Program-made: the position numbers and the translations under genes
Shown: positions 25,721 through 34,613 of the stretch, piece after piece
Layout: the number at the start of each line of letters is the position of its first letter
Numbering within the stretch: position 1 is the stretch's first letter
Notes under the pieces: generated by a model
Told to the model about the DNA's origin: nothing
Database searches by the model: none
Seen by the model: only the letters and a program-made list of their open reading frames with translations
Source of the DNA: a virus
Direction: 5' to 3' (one strand)
IMG/VR virus record: IMGVR_UViG_3300045988_123906
Length of the DNA: 64,000 bases

Positions 25721-26512
25721 ATGAAAGAAAGAGTCTGTGGTATTTATAAAATCGAAAATAAAATAACGCATCAGGTATATATAGGGCAATCAAGATATAT
25801 AGCACGTAGATAGAGAGACCATCGTGTGAAAAGTCAAAGAAAAGACAATGAGTGGTTTCACAGTAGACTTTATACTGCTATGTATGGCCACCTTGACGAT
25901 TTTGATTTTTCGATAATTGAAGAATGCGATCAATCAAAATTAAATGAAAGAGAAATATATTGGATTGACTATTATAAAAGTACAGAGCCGATATACGGAT
26001 ACAATATTCTAATCGGCGGGGATGTAAGTGAACATAATAGAATATTAGGGCAAAATCAATTAAATGAAATAGCCAATCTTTTAGCGACAACAGATCTTAC
26101 TCAAACAGAGATTGCAAATAGATTTGGAGTAGGGCAGCGAACAGTAAGTAGTGTGAATACGGGATATTACAATCTTGACAAAAAGTATATTTTCCCGATC
26201 CGTGATAAAAAACATGTGACTGGGAAAATAAAAGAGCGAGTTGAACAAAAGAAAGCTAGGTTAAATGGACGGGATAAGGGTATGACCGGAATATGTTGCG
26301 ATTGCGGCGGTCCATGTTCTGCTAAAGCAAAACTTTGTCGCTCATGCATGGACAAAACCCGTATTTCAAAACGCCCTGATAAAGATACTTTATTAGGGCT
26401 AACTAAAACAATGACTGTTAGTGAAATAAGTCGCGAATTCAATGTTTCTAGTACTACGGTAAAAAAATGGTGCTCACATTATGGAATTATACCAGAAAGA
26501 AAATACAAGTGA
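25721..26512 (+). CDS. GIY-YIG homing endonuclease with in-frame TAG at 25811-25813
   Basis: MKERVCGIYKIENKITHQVYIGQSRYIARR*RDH... The GIY and YIG motifs lie before the TAG. The same frame continues with NEREIYWIDYYK, GYNILIGG, a Zn-finger CCDCGGPC..CRSC and a C-terminal HTH. Confidence 0.75.
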
Positions 26513-26540
26513 TATTAACATGATTTAATAAAGAGTTTAT

Positions 26541-26613
26541 GCGCCTGTATCTTAATTGGTAAAGAAATGGGCTCTAAACCCAGGGTATCCGTGTTCGAAT
26601 CATGGCAGGCGTG
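26541..26613 (+). tRNA. amber suppressor tRNA, anticodon CUA (26574-26576)
   Basis: Canonical 73-nt cloverleaf. GCGCCTG/CAGGCGT acceptor (G1-U72), TCTT/AAGA D-stem with G18G19, anticodon loop CTCTAAA (U33, A37), CCGTG-TTCGAAT-CATGG T-arm, G73, encoded CCA. Confidence 0.8.
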
Positions 26614-26667
26614 CCAAACAAATTACATAACAGTATCCCTTATTTTATAGAAAGGAGATCGAACATT

Positions 26668-26961
26668 ATGGCAATGATTGATCCGTATGATGATGACTTC
26701 GGTGCCATTTGTAATTGTGCTGTTCGATACGCAGTTGGGCGCAGAACGTATATGCCTGGTCTTGTGATCGATTTCATTACATCGCATCTGAGCGAGTTGA
26801 CAGATAAAACGCTATGGTGCTTTCAGCAGGATCTATATCAACGTCTGGATGAAGGGTTTAATTTTGGTGATGAATTTGATTTTCAAAACTGGATGAGCTT
26901 TCTGGAAGATGTTGATAAAGAAATCAAGAAAAGAAAACAGCCCAGCGGCCATAACCACTGA
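26668..26961 (+). CDS. hypothetical protein
   Basis: AAAGGAG RBS then ATG 26668. The ORF-track start (26602) lies inside the suppressor tRNA. Confidence 0.55.
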   Translation: MAMIDPYDDDFGAICNCAVRYAVGRRTYMPGLVIDFITSHLSELTDKTLWCFQQDLYQRLDEGFNFGDEFDFQNWMSFLEDVDKEIKKRKQPSGHNH

Positions 26962-27225
26962 GCTGTCAGGATTACCCGATGACGTGATTCATCTGCAGAA
27001 CCATCAGTATGAGCCCGACGATACTGCAAATGTCACCAGCGACATCAAGAAAATCTTTCGCCTAACGCTTCATCTAAGCACCTCCAATCCGCTCGAGACG
27101 CGAGAACAATGTCCGTCATTGAGTAACTGGTGTGTCTAGTGAGAGTTAAGTTGGCAAAAGTGTATCACGTTGTTACGCGATTGTCAAGAATCATCCCGAG
27201 CATGATGTGAAAAGGCTTGTTATAT

Positions 27226-27310
27226 GCGGCAATGGCTGAGTGGTTTAAAGCGGTGGACTTGAAATCCATTGATGGTAATACATCCGCGAGTTCGAATCTT
27301 GCTTGCCGCG
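27226..27310 (+). tRNA. tRNA-Ser (UGA)
   Basis: Long variable arm, anticodon loop CTTGAAA, T-loop TTCGAAT, GCGGCAA/TTGCCGC acceptor. Confidence 0.75.
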
Positions 27311-27316
27311 TGATGT

Positions 27317-27388
27317 GGCCTGTTAGTCAAGAGGTGAAGATGCTGCCCTTTCACGGCGGAGACATCGGTTCAATTCCGGTACAGGCCA
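27317..27388 (+). tRNA. tRNA-Glu (UUC)
   Basis: GGCCTGT/ACAGGCC acceptor, anticodon loop CTTTCAC, T-loop TTCAATT. Confidence 0.75.
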
Positions 27389-27421
27389 TTTTTTGAAAAT
27401 TAAATATTGTGAGGTATCAAA

Positions 27422-27649
27422 ATGAAAACAGAAGATTGGATCTCCGTAAAAACTGATTTGCCGAAAATTCCAGACGGCGAGATTTGGAGCAAAAATGTTT
27501 GGATTTATGATGAGAAATACGGACAGCAACAAGGGTATTTTACAACTGATGGGGTATGGTATGAGTTGAACGAGTGTCTTTGGCTAAAAAATGTTACACA
27601 TTGGATGCCTCTGCCAGAAGACCCGCCAAAGGAGAAAAATGAATCATGA
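27422..27649 (+). CDS. DUF551-like phage protein
   Basis: WISVKTDLP...VTHWMPLPEDPP pattern, remembered from DUF551 proteins. Confidence 0.55.
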   Translation: MKTEDWISVKTDLPKIPDGEIWSKNVWIYDEKYGQQQGYFTTDGVWYELNECLWLKNVTHWMPLPEDPPKEKNES

Positions 27650-28398
27650 AAACGACGAAGAAAGATTGGATCTATCGTGTGATTCTTCTGATTCTGTTGG
27701 CGATTATCTGGGACATTGGCGCGGCTTTGACTTCGCCAATTTTTGTTCCCCAGAAAGGCGCTGTGTTTCGGGAATTCTTCCTGTTGATCCAAAATGGAAC
27801 AATGTTGAAAGCATTCCGATATTCGCTGGTTCGCATTACGGTGGCAGCCGCTTTGAGTGCCGGCATCTCCATTCCTCTTGGCTGTCTGATGAAAATCTGT
27901 CATCCGCTTCAAAAGCTGCTCTATCCAGCAATTCGAGCAATGCGATTTTTGCCAGTCACTGCATTCTATCCACTGTTGACTATGTGGTTTGGAATCGGAG
28001 AGAAAATGAAGATTGCTTTCTTATTTGTAGCCAGCTTTGTGTTTATGCTTCCAAGCGTTCTGATTGCCATGGATGATGTCAGTGATGATGTGATCGAGGC
28101 GGCCAGCATTGATGGAGCAGGGAAGTTCAGCACAGTAACACGAATCGTCTTCCCAATCGCAGCGCCTTCCATCTGTCAGTCATTCGCCACAATGTATGCC
28201 ATCGGTTGGACCTATATCGCAGTGGCCGAGACAGTGAATGCGAAGTACGGTATTGGCTATCTGATCTATACTTCGTCCGCTCGTGGCCGTACATCTCTGG
28301 TGTTTGTTGGAATATTGGCGATTGTGATTTTCAGTATTCTGTTTGACTGGATCACAAATATCTGTATCAAGAAGATTTTTAAGTGGAAATTTTCATAA
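27646..28398 (+). CDS. ABC transporter permease (NitT/TauT, SsuC/TauC-like)
   Basis: Multi-pass hydrophobic protein with the EAA loop EAASIDGAGKFSTVTRIVFPIAAP. Confidence 0.8.
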   Translation: MKTTKKDWIYRVILLILLAIIWDIGAALTSPIFVPQKGAVFREFFLLIQNGTMLKAFRYSLVRITVAAALSAGISIPLGCLMKICHPLQKLLYPAIRAMRFLPVTAFYPLLTMWFGIGEKMKIAFLFVASFVFMLPSVLIAMDDVSDDVIEAASIDGAGKFSTVTRIVFPIAAPSICQSFATMYAIGWTYIAVAETVNAKYGIGYLIYTSSARGRTSLVFVGILAIVIFSILFDWITNICIKKIFKWKFS

Positions 28399-28408
28399 GG
28401 AGGACAAC

Positions 28409-28624
28409 ATGTCGCATGAAATTGAGTTGTGTGGTTGTTTGACCATCCCAGATAACGCGAATTTTGATGAAATCACAGACGTGTTCTTGGGTTTTGTTGA
28501 GTCGCATGGTTGGTACTATGGTGGTGGGTTCTCTGAGATTCGAGACGGCTGTTATGTGAAGCCGGACGTAACTAGTGGTGATCCAATTTATAAATCAAAT
28601 AAGGAGAAAGATTATGGCACATGA
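28409..28624 (+). CDS. small protein, paralog pair member 1
   Basis: MSHEIELCGCLTIPDN...FVESHGWYYGGGFSEIRDG. About 45% identical to the next ORF. Confidence 0.55.
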   Translation: MSHEIELCGCLTIPDNANFDEITDVFLGFVESHGWYYGGGFSEIRDGCYVKPDVTSGDPIYKSNKEKDYGT

Positions 28625-28826
28625 AATTAAAATTATGGGATGTCTGAGTATTCCAGATAATACAAGCTGGGAGGAGTCAATAAGTTTATTTGTTGAATTT
28701 ATCGAGTCACATAATTGGTGCTATTATGGGGATTTTGCTGAGATTCGTGATGGAAAGCAAGTAGGTTATGGCGTAATAAAAAAAGAAAACGAGGAGAAAA
28801 ATTATGGCGAAGAAAAGTCTATTTGA
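28614..28826 (+). CDS. small protein, paralog pair member 2
   Basis: MAHEIKIMGCLSIPDN...FIESHNWCYYGDFAEIRDG. AAGGAG RBS. Confidence 0.55.
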   Translation: MAHEIKIMGCLSIPDNTSWEESISLFVEFIESHNWCYYGDFAEIRDGKQVGYGVIKKENEEKNYGEEKSI

Positions 28827-29424
28827 AAAACTCGGTCTTGTTGAGGGTGTAGCTGCTTCTGAATATGATATGCCGGATACCACGAATGAGCTTCGCGTTT
28901 GTAGTGGCGTCGGAGATCATTACATCAATGGAGATTTCCCAGAGGACGAACCGGTTCAGGTCGAGGTTCCTGAGGGCGATACCATCGATGTCCGGGCGGT
29001 TTACGAGACCAATGGTATGAACCCTGCCGACGCTGTTACTGTCTACAAGATCAAAGATGTGATCGATACATTCCCGTCTGAGATGCCCACCAAAACAAAA
29101 CGAGCAACGGTCAAAAACCTGATGACGACGCTTGGTTATGATGCGGCCGCGATTATCTCTGATGCGAAGCAGCGCAAGGAGCTTCTGCGGGCTGTTGGTA
29201 ACGATAAGATGAATGCACTGTTTGACGAGATGAAGAGCAACGACCAGCAGATTGAATCTATGAAGGAACAGATCGAAGCTTTGACGAATCGCAACGTTGA
29301 AGCTGGTGCGGCCATCGAAAAGATCACCAATACAGTTCAGGATGAACTCAAGATGATTTCTTCTATCGAGGAATTTATCGAAGAGGATAAGACGGAGCCT
29401 GCCGGGAAGGAGGTCGCCCAGTAA
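28804..29424 (+). CDS. hypothetical protein with coiled-coil C-terminus
   Basis: 206-aa ORF with AGGAGAAAA RBS. Confidence 0.55.
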   Translation: MAKKSLFEKLGLVEGVAASEYDMPDTTNELRVCSGVGDHYINGDFPEDEPVQVEVPEGDTIDVRAVYETNGMNPADAVTVYKIKDVIDTFPSEMPTKTKRATVKNLMTTLGYDAAAIISDAKQRKELLRAVGNDKMNALFDEMKSNDQQIESMKEQIEALTNRNVEAGAAIEKITNTVQDELKMISSIEEFIEEDKTEPAGKEVAQ

Positions 29425-30254
29425 TGTTTTCTTTCACGATTGCTGAGTTTACTTTTCTCTGTGTTGGTTTCGCCTTTGTTGGCAGTTTAATTCTGTTTCC
29501 GTCATTCCGTCAGCAGCTCAAAGCTCTTGCCGGTGGTTTCTTGCAGGTCTTTGTGCAGGATACAGCCAAGACACCAGATGGTGCACGCGCTATCTATGCT
29601 CAGAAGATCGATGAGATGACTGAGAAATACACAGATGCCTGCAATACTCTGCGAGACCTGACTGGTAAGCTCAAGACGATTCAGGATAACTACGCTGTCT
29701 GTCAGAAGCAGGCGAAAGGTTACGATGAACGTGCAAAGGCTGCTATGAGTCGCGGTGATGAAGAGTCCGCAACCACTTACGCTCGTCTTTTACAGGAAGA
29801 GCTCGATAAAGCCGAGAACCTATCTGCTCAGTTCCAAAAAATGAAACCAGCGGCGGAAGAGGTCAAGGCAATCAAGGAAAAGCTTGAAAATCAGTTGGCT
29901 GCTCTGAAGCGCGAAAGCAAGGATGTGGTGGCCGAATTGAAGGCGAACGAACAGGTTGCAGATGTGTATTCCAATCTGGATCGTCTGCGTGCATCTACCG
30001 GAACCGATAAAATGCTCAACGCTACCCGTGATGGCCTTCAGGAAAGTCGCGAAAAAGCAGCGGGTGCAAAGGTTCTGTATCAGACTAGTCGAGAGGGAAA
30101 GCTGGATAAAGCGGACGCAAATACTGCTGATTATAAGGTGAGTTCGTATCTGGATAGTCTCAAAAGGAGCAATCCAAACGTAACAACTTACAGCATTCCT
30201 GATCTGAATACCCTCACAAAGTCTTCTGGATTGAACACTCAGTCCAAGAAATAA
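29424..30254 (+). CDS. membrane-anchored PspA/IM30-like coiled-coil protein (tentative)
   Basis: N-terminal TM segment, then long heptad-rich helices (ARAIYAQKIDEM...SRGDEESATTYARLLQEELDKAENL) resembling the PspA/Vipp1 family. Confidence 0.45.
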   Translation: MFSFTIAEFTFLCVGFAFVGSLILFPSFRQQLKALAGGFLQVFVQDTAKTPDGARAIYAQKIDEMTEKYTDACNTLRDLTGKLKTIQDNYAVCQKQAKGYDERAKAAMSRGDEESATTYARLLQEELDKAENLSAQFQKMKPAAEEVKAIKEKLENQLAALKRESKDVVAELKANEQVADVYSNLDRLRASTGTDKMLNATRDGLQESREKAAGAKVLYQTSREGKLDKADANTADYKVSSYLDSLKRSNPNVTTYSIPDLNTLTKSSGLNTQSKK

Positions 30255-30281
30255 AATCAAAATTAAATAGGAGAGAATAAC

Positions 30282-31862
30282 ATGTCTAAGTTCAAATTGA
30301 CTAAGGCTGGCCGTGCTGTTGTTGGCGTGGTTCTTGCGGTAGCTGTTGCTATTGGTGTCGTTGGCGGCATCAAGGGCGGTGTGATTAAGTTCGACAAGAA
30401 AAAGCCAACTGCATCTGATAAGCCTGCCACGAATGTCACCACGAATGCATCAACCGGCGACGACACGATCAATCTGTCTCTGGATGAATGGGCGGGATGG
30501 TTGAGCTGTATCACAGCAAATGGCGGTCTCACCACTCAGCCCGGTTCTGTGTTTGACCAGCTCGGCATCAAAGTGAATATCAATGTCATCAACGACGCTA
30601 CTGAGTCCAGCAATGCACTGATCTCTGGTGATCTGCAGGCCGCTGGTTATACTACGAACCGTGTCGCGTTCCTGTCTCAGAAGTTTACGGATGCCGGTAA
30701 GAATATCATCATGCCGGTGTTTACTAACTACAGCTATGGCGGAGACGGTATTATCGCTTCCACTCAGTTTGCAGATGTGAATTCGTGGGTCAATGCCAAG
30801 ATCGGCGTTCCTGAATTCTCTGAGGCCGAAACCTTGGTCGCTTGGTTTGTCAATAATTCCAACCTGTCCGATGCGGATAAGGCAACCATTATGAACAACC
30901 TGATCATGTTCGGTACGGCAGATGATACTGCTAAAGCATACTTTGCTGGTCAGATCGATGTTGCTGCAACATGGGAGCCGTACCTGACTCAGGCTAAGAC
31001 CTATACCAACAGCACCGTTGTTTTTGATACCAAGTCTTCTTCTTCTCTGGTCATGGATGGCATTGTGTTTGATGCCGATTGGGCAGCAGCTCACGAAGAT
31101 ACTGTCAAGAAGTTCGTCAAGGGTATTCTGATGTCTTATGATCAGCCCATCAATTACGACGCAGCTCGTGAAGTGTTCCCGATGTATTCTACTTCCAGTG
31201 ATGCAGATATCGACGCTACTTACGCCAATGCCAAGATGGCCAGCTGGAAGGACAATTACAACATTCTAAACGATACTGCTCCCATGATCTATAACCAGAT
31301 GTGCGATATCTGGGAGGCTCTGGGCGAAACCGTCAATCGCGGCCTTGTGGACACGATTTTTGATACCACTTATATTGACGCTCTGAAAGGTGATTTTAAG
31401 TCTACTTCCGCCGCAAATGCCACCACAAAGGTGACTGTAAGTGACGAAACCCGTGCCAATATCACCCAGCAGGTCACTGGCAATCTGGATTATGATTCCA
31501 TGCTGAGCAAGACCGCCAATGTAACATTTGTCCCGGATTCTTCTGTGTTCACCGATCAGGCCAGCGCAGCCTCTGTTCTGGATGATTTCGTAAATATCGC
31601 CAAGACTCTGGATGGCACAATGATCGTTATCAACGGCAATATCAATGCGGACACTCAGACCGAGTTCGGTGTGCAGCTCTCTGCAAATCGTGCTCAGACT
31701 GTTGCCAACTATCTGGCTTCTCAGGGTATTGATCAGAATCGACTGATTATTACAGGCTCTGGCAATGCAAAGTATCAGGCCGACAAGGCTGCTGGTGCTC
31801 TGAAGCCGGATGCAAGCGTATACCAGTCTACCGATATCAGCTTTATGCGAATCGAGAACTGA
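30282..31862 (+). CDS. membrane-anchored ABC substrate-binding-like domain (NMT1/TauA type) fused to a C-terminal OmpA/MotB peptidoglycan-binding domain
   Basis: N-terminal TM. INLSLDEWAGW...GYTTNRVAF is SBP-like. The C-terminus LSANRAQTVANYLASQGIDQNRLIITGSGNAKY is the OmpA-like motif. Confidence 0.65.
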   Translation: MSKFKLTKAGRAVVGVVLAVAVAIGVVGGIKGGVIKFDKKKPTASDKPATNVTTNASTGDDTINLSLDEWAGWLSCITANGGLTTQPGSVFDQLGIKVNINVINDATESSNALISGDLQAAGYTTNRVAFLSQKFTDAGKNIIMPVFTNYSYGGDGIIASTQFADVNSWVNAKIGVPEFSEAETLVAWFVNNSNLSDADKATIMNNLIMFGTADDTAKAYFAGQIDVAATWEPYLTQAKTYTNSTVVFDTKSSSSLVMDGIVFDADWAAAHEDTVKKFVKGILMSYDQPINYDAAREVFPMYSTSSDADIDATYANAKMASWKDNYNILNDTAPMIYNQMCDIWEALGETVNRGLVDTIFDTTYIDALKGDFKSTSAANATTKVTVSDETRANITQQVTGNLDYDSMLSKTANVTFVPDSSVFTDQASAASVLDDFVNIAKTLDGTMIVINGNINADTQTEFGVQLSANRAQTVANYLASQGIDQNRLIITGSGNAKYQADKAAGALKPDASVYQSTDISFMRIEN

Positions 31863-32023
31863 GGTGATTCAGATTGATCTGGATTGAAATCAGTAAAGCA
31901 ATTTGGATTGTGGGCGGATTGATGCTGGCTTCTTTTGCGGCTGGTTATTTCTTCCATGGCCCAACTTCTAAGATTTAAAACTCACGGCGGTGCTCAGGTA
32001 GCACTGGGTGCCGCCTTATATAA

Positions 32024-32096
32024 TGTGCTATAGCCAAGTCGGTCAAGGCAAGGGACTTTGACTCCCTGATCGTGTGTTCGAGTCACACTAGCACAA
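32024..32096 (+). tRNA. tRNA-Gln (UUG)
   Basis: TGTGCTA/TAGCACA acceptor (U1-A72), TAGCCAAGTCGGTCAAGGCA D-arm, anticodon loop CTTTGAC, T-loop TTCGAGT, encoded CCA. Confidence 0.8.
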
Positions 32097-32130
32097 CCAA
32101 AAAAAACAAATCGGATAGGGAGGTTCACAG

Positions 32131-32319
32131 ATGACTACTCCAGAACAACTTGAAATTGCACTTCGGGACTTTATTTATCAATGCGGAAAAAGATACGAAA
32201 ACGAATTGGGCTGCGATGATTGTATCTACTGGAATTTTTGTAACCGATTCTATACTCCGCATTGTGATTGTCCTGATGAATGGACGATTTATGACAAAGT
32301 AAGCCCACTTCCGTCTTAA
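32131..32319 (+). CDS. small Cys-containing hypothetical protein
   Basis: 62-aa ORF with GGGAGG RBS. Confidence 0.5.
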   Translation: MTTPEQLEIALRDFIYQCGKRYENELGCDDCIYWNFCNRFYTPHCDCPDEWTIYDKVSPLPS

Positions 32320-32338
32320 TTTGAAAAGGAGTTTCCAG

Positions 32339-33070
32339 ATGGCAGTTTATATGACAGGTGATATCCATGGCAATCCAAGTCGATTTTATGACCTGAAAAG
32401 TTTCTGTAAAGTACATCCAGACGCAGAATGGTTTATCTGTCTGGGTGATGTTGGTTTGAATTACTACGGCGAGGATCACCCGCAGGAGATGTATATCAAG
32501 AATATTGCGGATGAAATCCCTGCAAAACTGTTCTGTATTCATGGCAATCACGAGCGGCGACCTACCGAAGCAGATGGATATAAACAGGTCGATGTCACAG
32601 AGGGTGCGATTCATGGTCCGATGATGTGGCACGCAGAACACCCTAACCAGTATTTTGCCATCGACGGTGCTGTATATACGATTTTTACATCCGACCGTGT
32701 GTTGACTGCACTTGTTTGCGGCGGTGCTTATTCGGTCGACAAGGATTATCGTCTGCGGCGCGGTTGGCATTGGTGGCCGGACGAACAGCCAAATGAACTC
32801 ACGAAGGGGCTGGTACGGTTGATGGCAACGGAAAAACAAATCGATATTATGTTGACTCATACCTGTCCGCTGCGGTTCGAGCCAACTGAGCTTTTTATCT
32901 CTGGCATTGATCAGAGCACAGTAGACAAGTCAACAGAACAATTCTTTGATGAAATCTACTCCTTATTCCAGGCGTACCAAGAGCCGATGTGGTACTTTGG
33001 CCACTTCCATGGAAATAAATACACGGATGAATACGTGATGCTCTTTGATGACATCATGGAACTGAAGTGA
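32339..33070 (+). CDS. calcineurin-like metallophosphoesterase
   Basis: GDIHGN, LGDVGLNY, IHGNHE motifs. AAAGGAG RBS. Confidence 0.8.
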   Translation: MAVYMTGDIHGNPSRFYDLKSFCKVHPDAEWFICLGDVGLNYYGEDHPQEMYIKNIADEIPAKLFCIHGNHERRPTEADGYKQVDVTEGAIHGPMMWHAEHPNQYFAIDGAVYTIFTSDRVLTALVCGGAYSVDKDYRLRRGWHWWPDEQPNELTKGLVRLMATEKQIDIMLTHTCPLRFEPTELFISGIDQSTVDKSTEQFFDEIYSLFQAYQEPMWYFGHFHGNKYTDEYVMLFDDIMELK

Positions 33071-33173
33071 ATTTATAAATAGTAAATCGAAAGGGGAGTA
33101 CAGATGCTGTATGGACGTGCGTCTCCTGATTTGATTCGATAGCATTTCGTCAAATTAGATAGGAGAAAACAAT

Positions 33174-33422
33174 ATGACTTGTAATTTTTGTGGTAAGACT
33201 CTGGACACCTGCGATGAGACCAATCTTGGTAACCTGGAACTGCCTTTCTTCTACGGAAGCAAGCGTGATGGGGACTATATGAAGTTCTCTCTCTGCTCTG
33301 GCTGCTATGACAAGCTGGCAGATGAATTCATGTCCAGATGCAAACACAAACCCCTCATTGTTCCCTTTGCCCCCAGGGTGCCGGAGTGGGAACATAAAAC
33401 TACTGAAGAATCCGATTATTGA
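33174..33422 (+). CDS. small Cys-rich hypothetical protein
   Basis: CNFCGKTL...CSGC zinc-ribbon-like. AGGAGAAAA RBS. Confidence 0.5.
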   Translation: MTCNFCGKTLDTCDETNLGNLELPFFYGSKRDGDYMKFSLCSGCYDKLADEFMSRCKHKPLIVPFAPRVPEWEHKTTEESDY

Positions 33423-33446
33423 TAACTGATTACATAGGAGGTACAT

Positions 33447-34568
33447 ATGGCAAGTAAGGAAAATAACGTTTACTCTCGCTTTAGCTTTTGCGGAAAGGTC
33501 ACCGTTTCCAAAAAGGTCCCGTTCGTGAAGCGCGACACCTACGACAAGGGTGAGAAGATCAGTATTAACTTTGGTATCAAAGCCGGAAACAATCTTGGTT
33601 ATGTCAAGCTGGAAGGCTTTAAGAATGACGAGATCAAGACCATGGATACTGACCGAAACAATATCGAGGTCGCGTGGAATAATCGTTTGGACGAAGATGT
33701 GATCAAGACTGTTGCCAGCACCAAAAAGTTCACAGTGAACCTGGGCGAGCGCAAGGAGTTCATCACCGAGTGGGATATGATCGAGTATCTGGAGTCCGCT
33801 CTGGCCGGTTATGAGGACGATATTGTTGTCACCGGCAAATTCGTTCTGCGTCCCGGCACCGGTAAGTATAAGGATCAGGTTTATCGTGAGTATCAGATCC
33901 AGAACGTGTATATGCCTGGCGAGAAGGACGTTCCTCATCTGACTATGAATCTGGATCTGTATTACGACAAGGACAGCATGGATACAACCACTCTGAAGGA
34001 TGACGGCAAGATTATGATGCATTGCTACACCCCGATGTGGTCTAAGGCAGATGGCGCACAGAAGATGTTCCAGATCGACACCGTGTTCAATACAGCTGTT
34101 TTTGATATGGACAAGCCGAAGCACAAGGCAATCCACGATTACAAGATGCGCTATCTGGAAACCAAGTCTCGCAATCCTGTCCATATGAACTGGCAGATTG
34201 CTGTCGTCAATGGCGCTGAAGAGGTTCCGTTTACTATGGACAGCCTCACTGAACAGCAGCGGGAACAGGTCGAACTCGGTATCTCTAAGATGGAAGATTT
34301 CAAGCCGCGTGGGAATATCCTCGGTGATCGGGAAAAGGAGCTGCGTCTGGTAAAGCCCATCCTGACTGGCGAGTTTGAGGAGTGCAAGATTGCAGCTGAT
34401 TCTGGTTACACTGCTCGTGAGTTCGAGAATGAGATCTGGACCCCGGCGGCTGATGAAAGTGTGGATGATATGATGAATGGCGGCTCCAAGGTTAAGACCA
34501 AGGCAAAAGCTGCTCCTGCAGTCGAGGCCCCGGAAGACAGCGATGATGATATCGACACCATGTTTTGA
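33447..34568 (+). CDS. putative ssDNA-binding protein
   Basis: Sits at the head of the replication module. The acidic C-terminal tip EDSDDDIDTMF resembles SSB protein-interaction tails. No OB fold could be confirmed by eye. Confidence 0.4.
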   Translation: MASKENNVYSRFSFCGKVTVSKKVPFVKRDTYDKGEKISINFGIKAGNNLGYVKLEGFKNDEIKTMDTDRNNIEVAWNNRLDEDVIKTVASTKKFTVNLGERKEFITEWDMIEYLESALAGYEDDIVVTGKFVLRPGTGKYKDQVYREYQIQNVYMPGEKDVPHLTMNLDLYYDKDSMDTTTLKDDGKIMMHCYTPMWSKADGAQKMFQIDTVFNTAVFDMDKPKHKAIHDYKMRYLETKSRNPVHMNWQIAVVNGAEEVPFTMDSLTEQQREQVELGISKMEDFKPRGNILGDREKELRLVKPILTGEFEECKIAADSGYTAREFENEIWTPAADESVDDMMNGGSKVKTKAKAAPAVEAPEDSDDDIDTMF

Positions 34569-34613
34569 TCCTGTCGATTTACCATGGAATGAAAATTAAA
34601 AGGAGAATACATA

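Noticed and set aside
25029-26512. A group I intron carrying the GIY-YIG endonuclease
   Set aside because: An intact tRNA-Lys gene lies between the structured region and the endonuclease ORF. No interrupted host gene (split exon) is visible on either side. I could not identify P3/P7 or a G-binding core by eye. It remains testable by an Rfam scan.
27505-28172. Overlapping ORFs 27505-27912(-), 27591-28076(+), 27966-28172(-) as separate genes
   Set aside because: They overlap the ABC permease ORF, which has a recognisable EAA loop and TM pattern. No independent signals support them.
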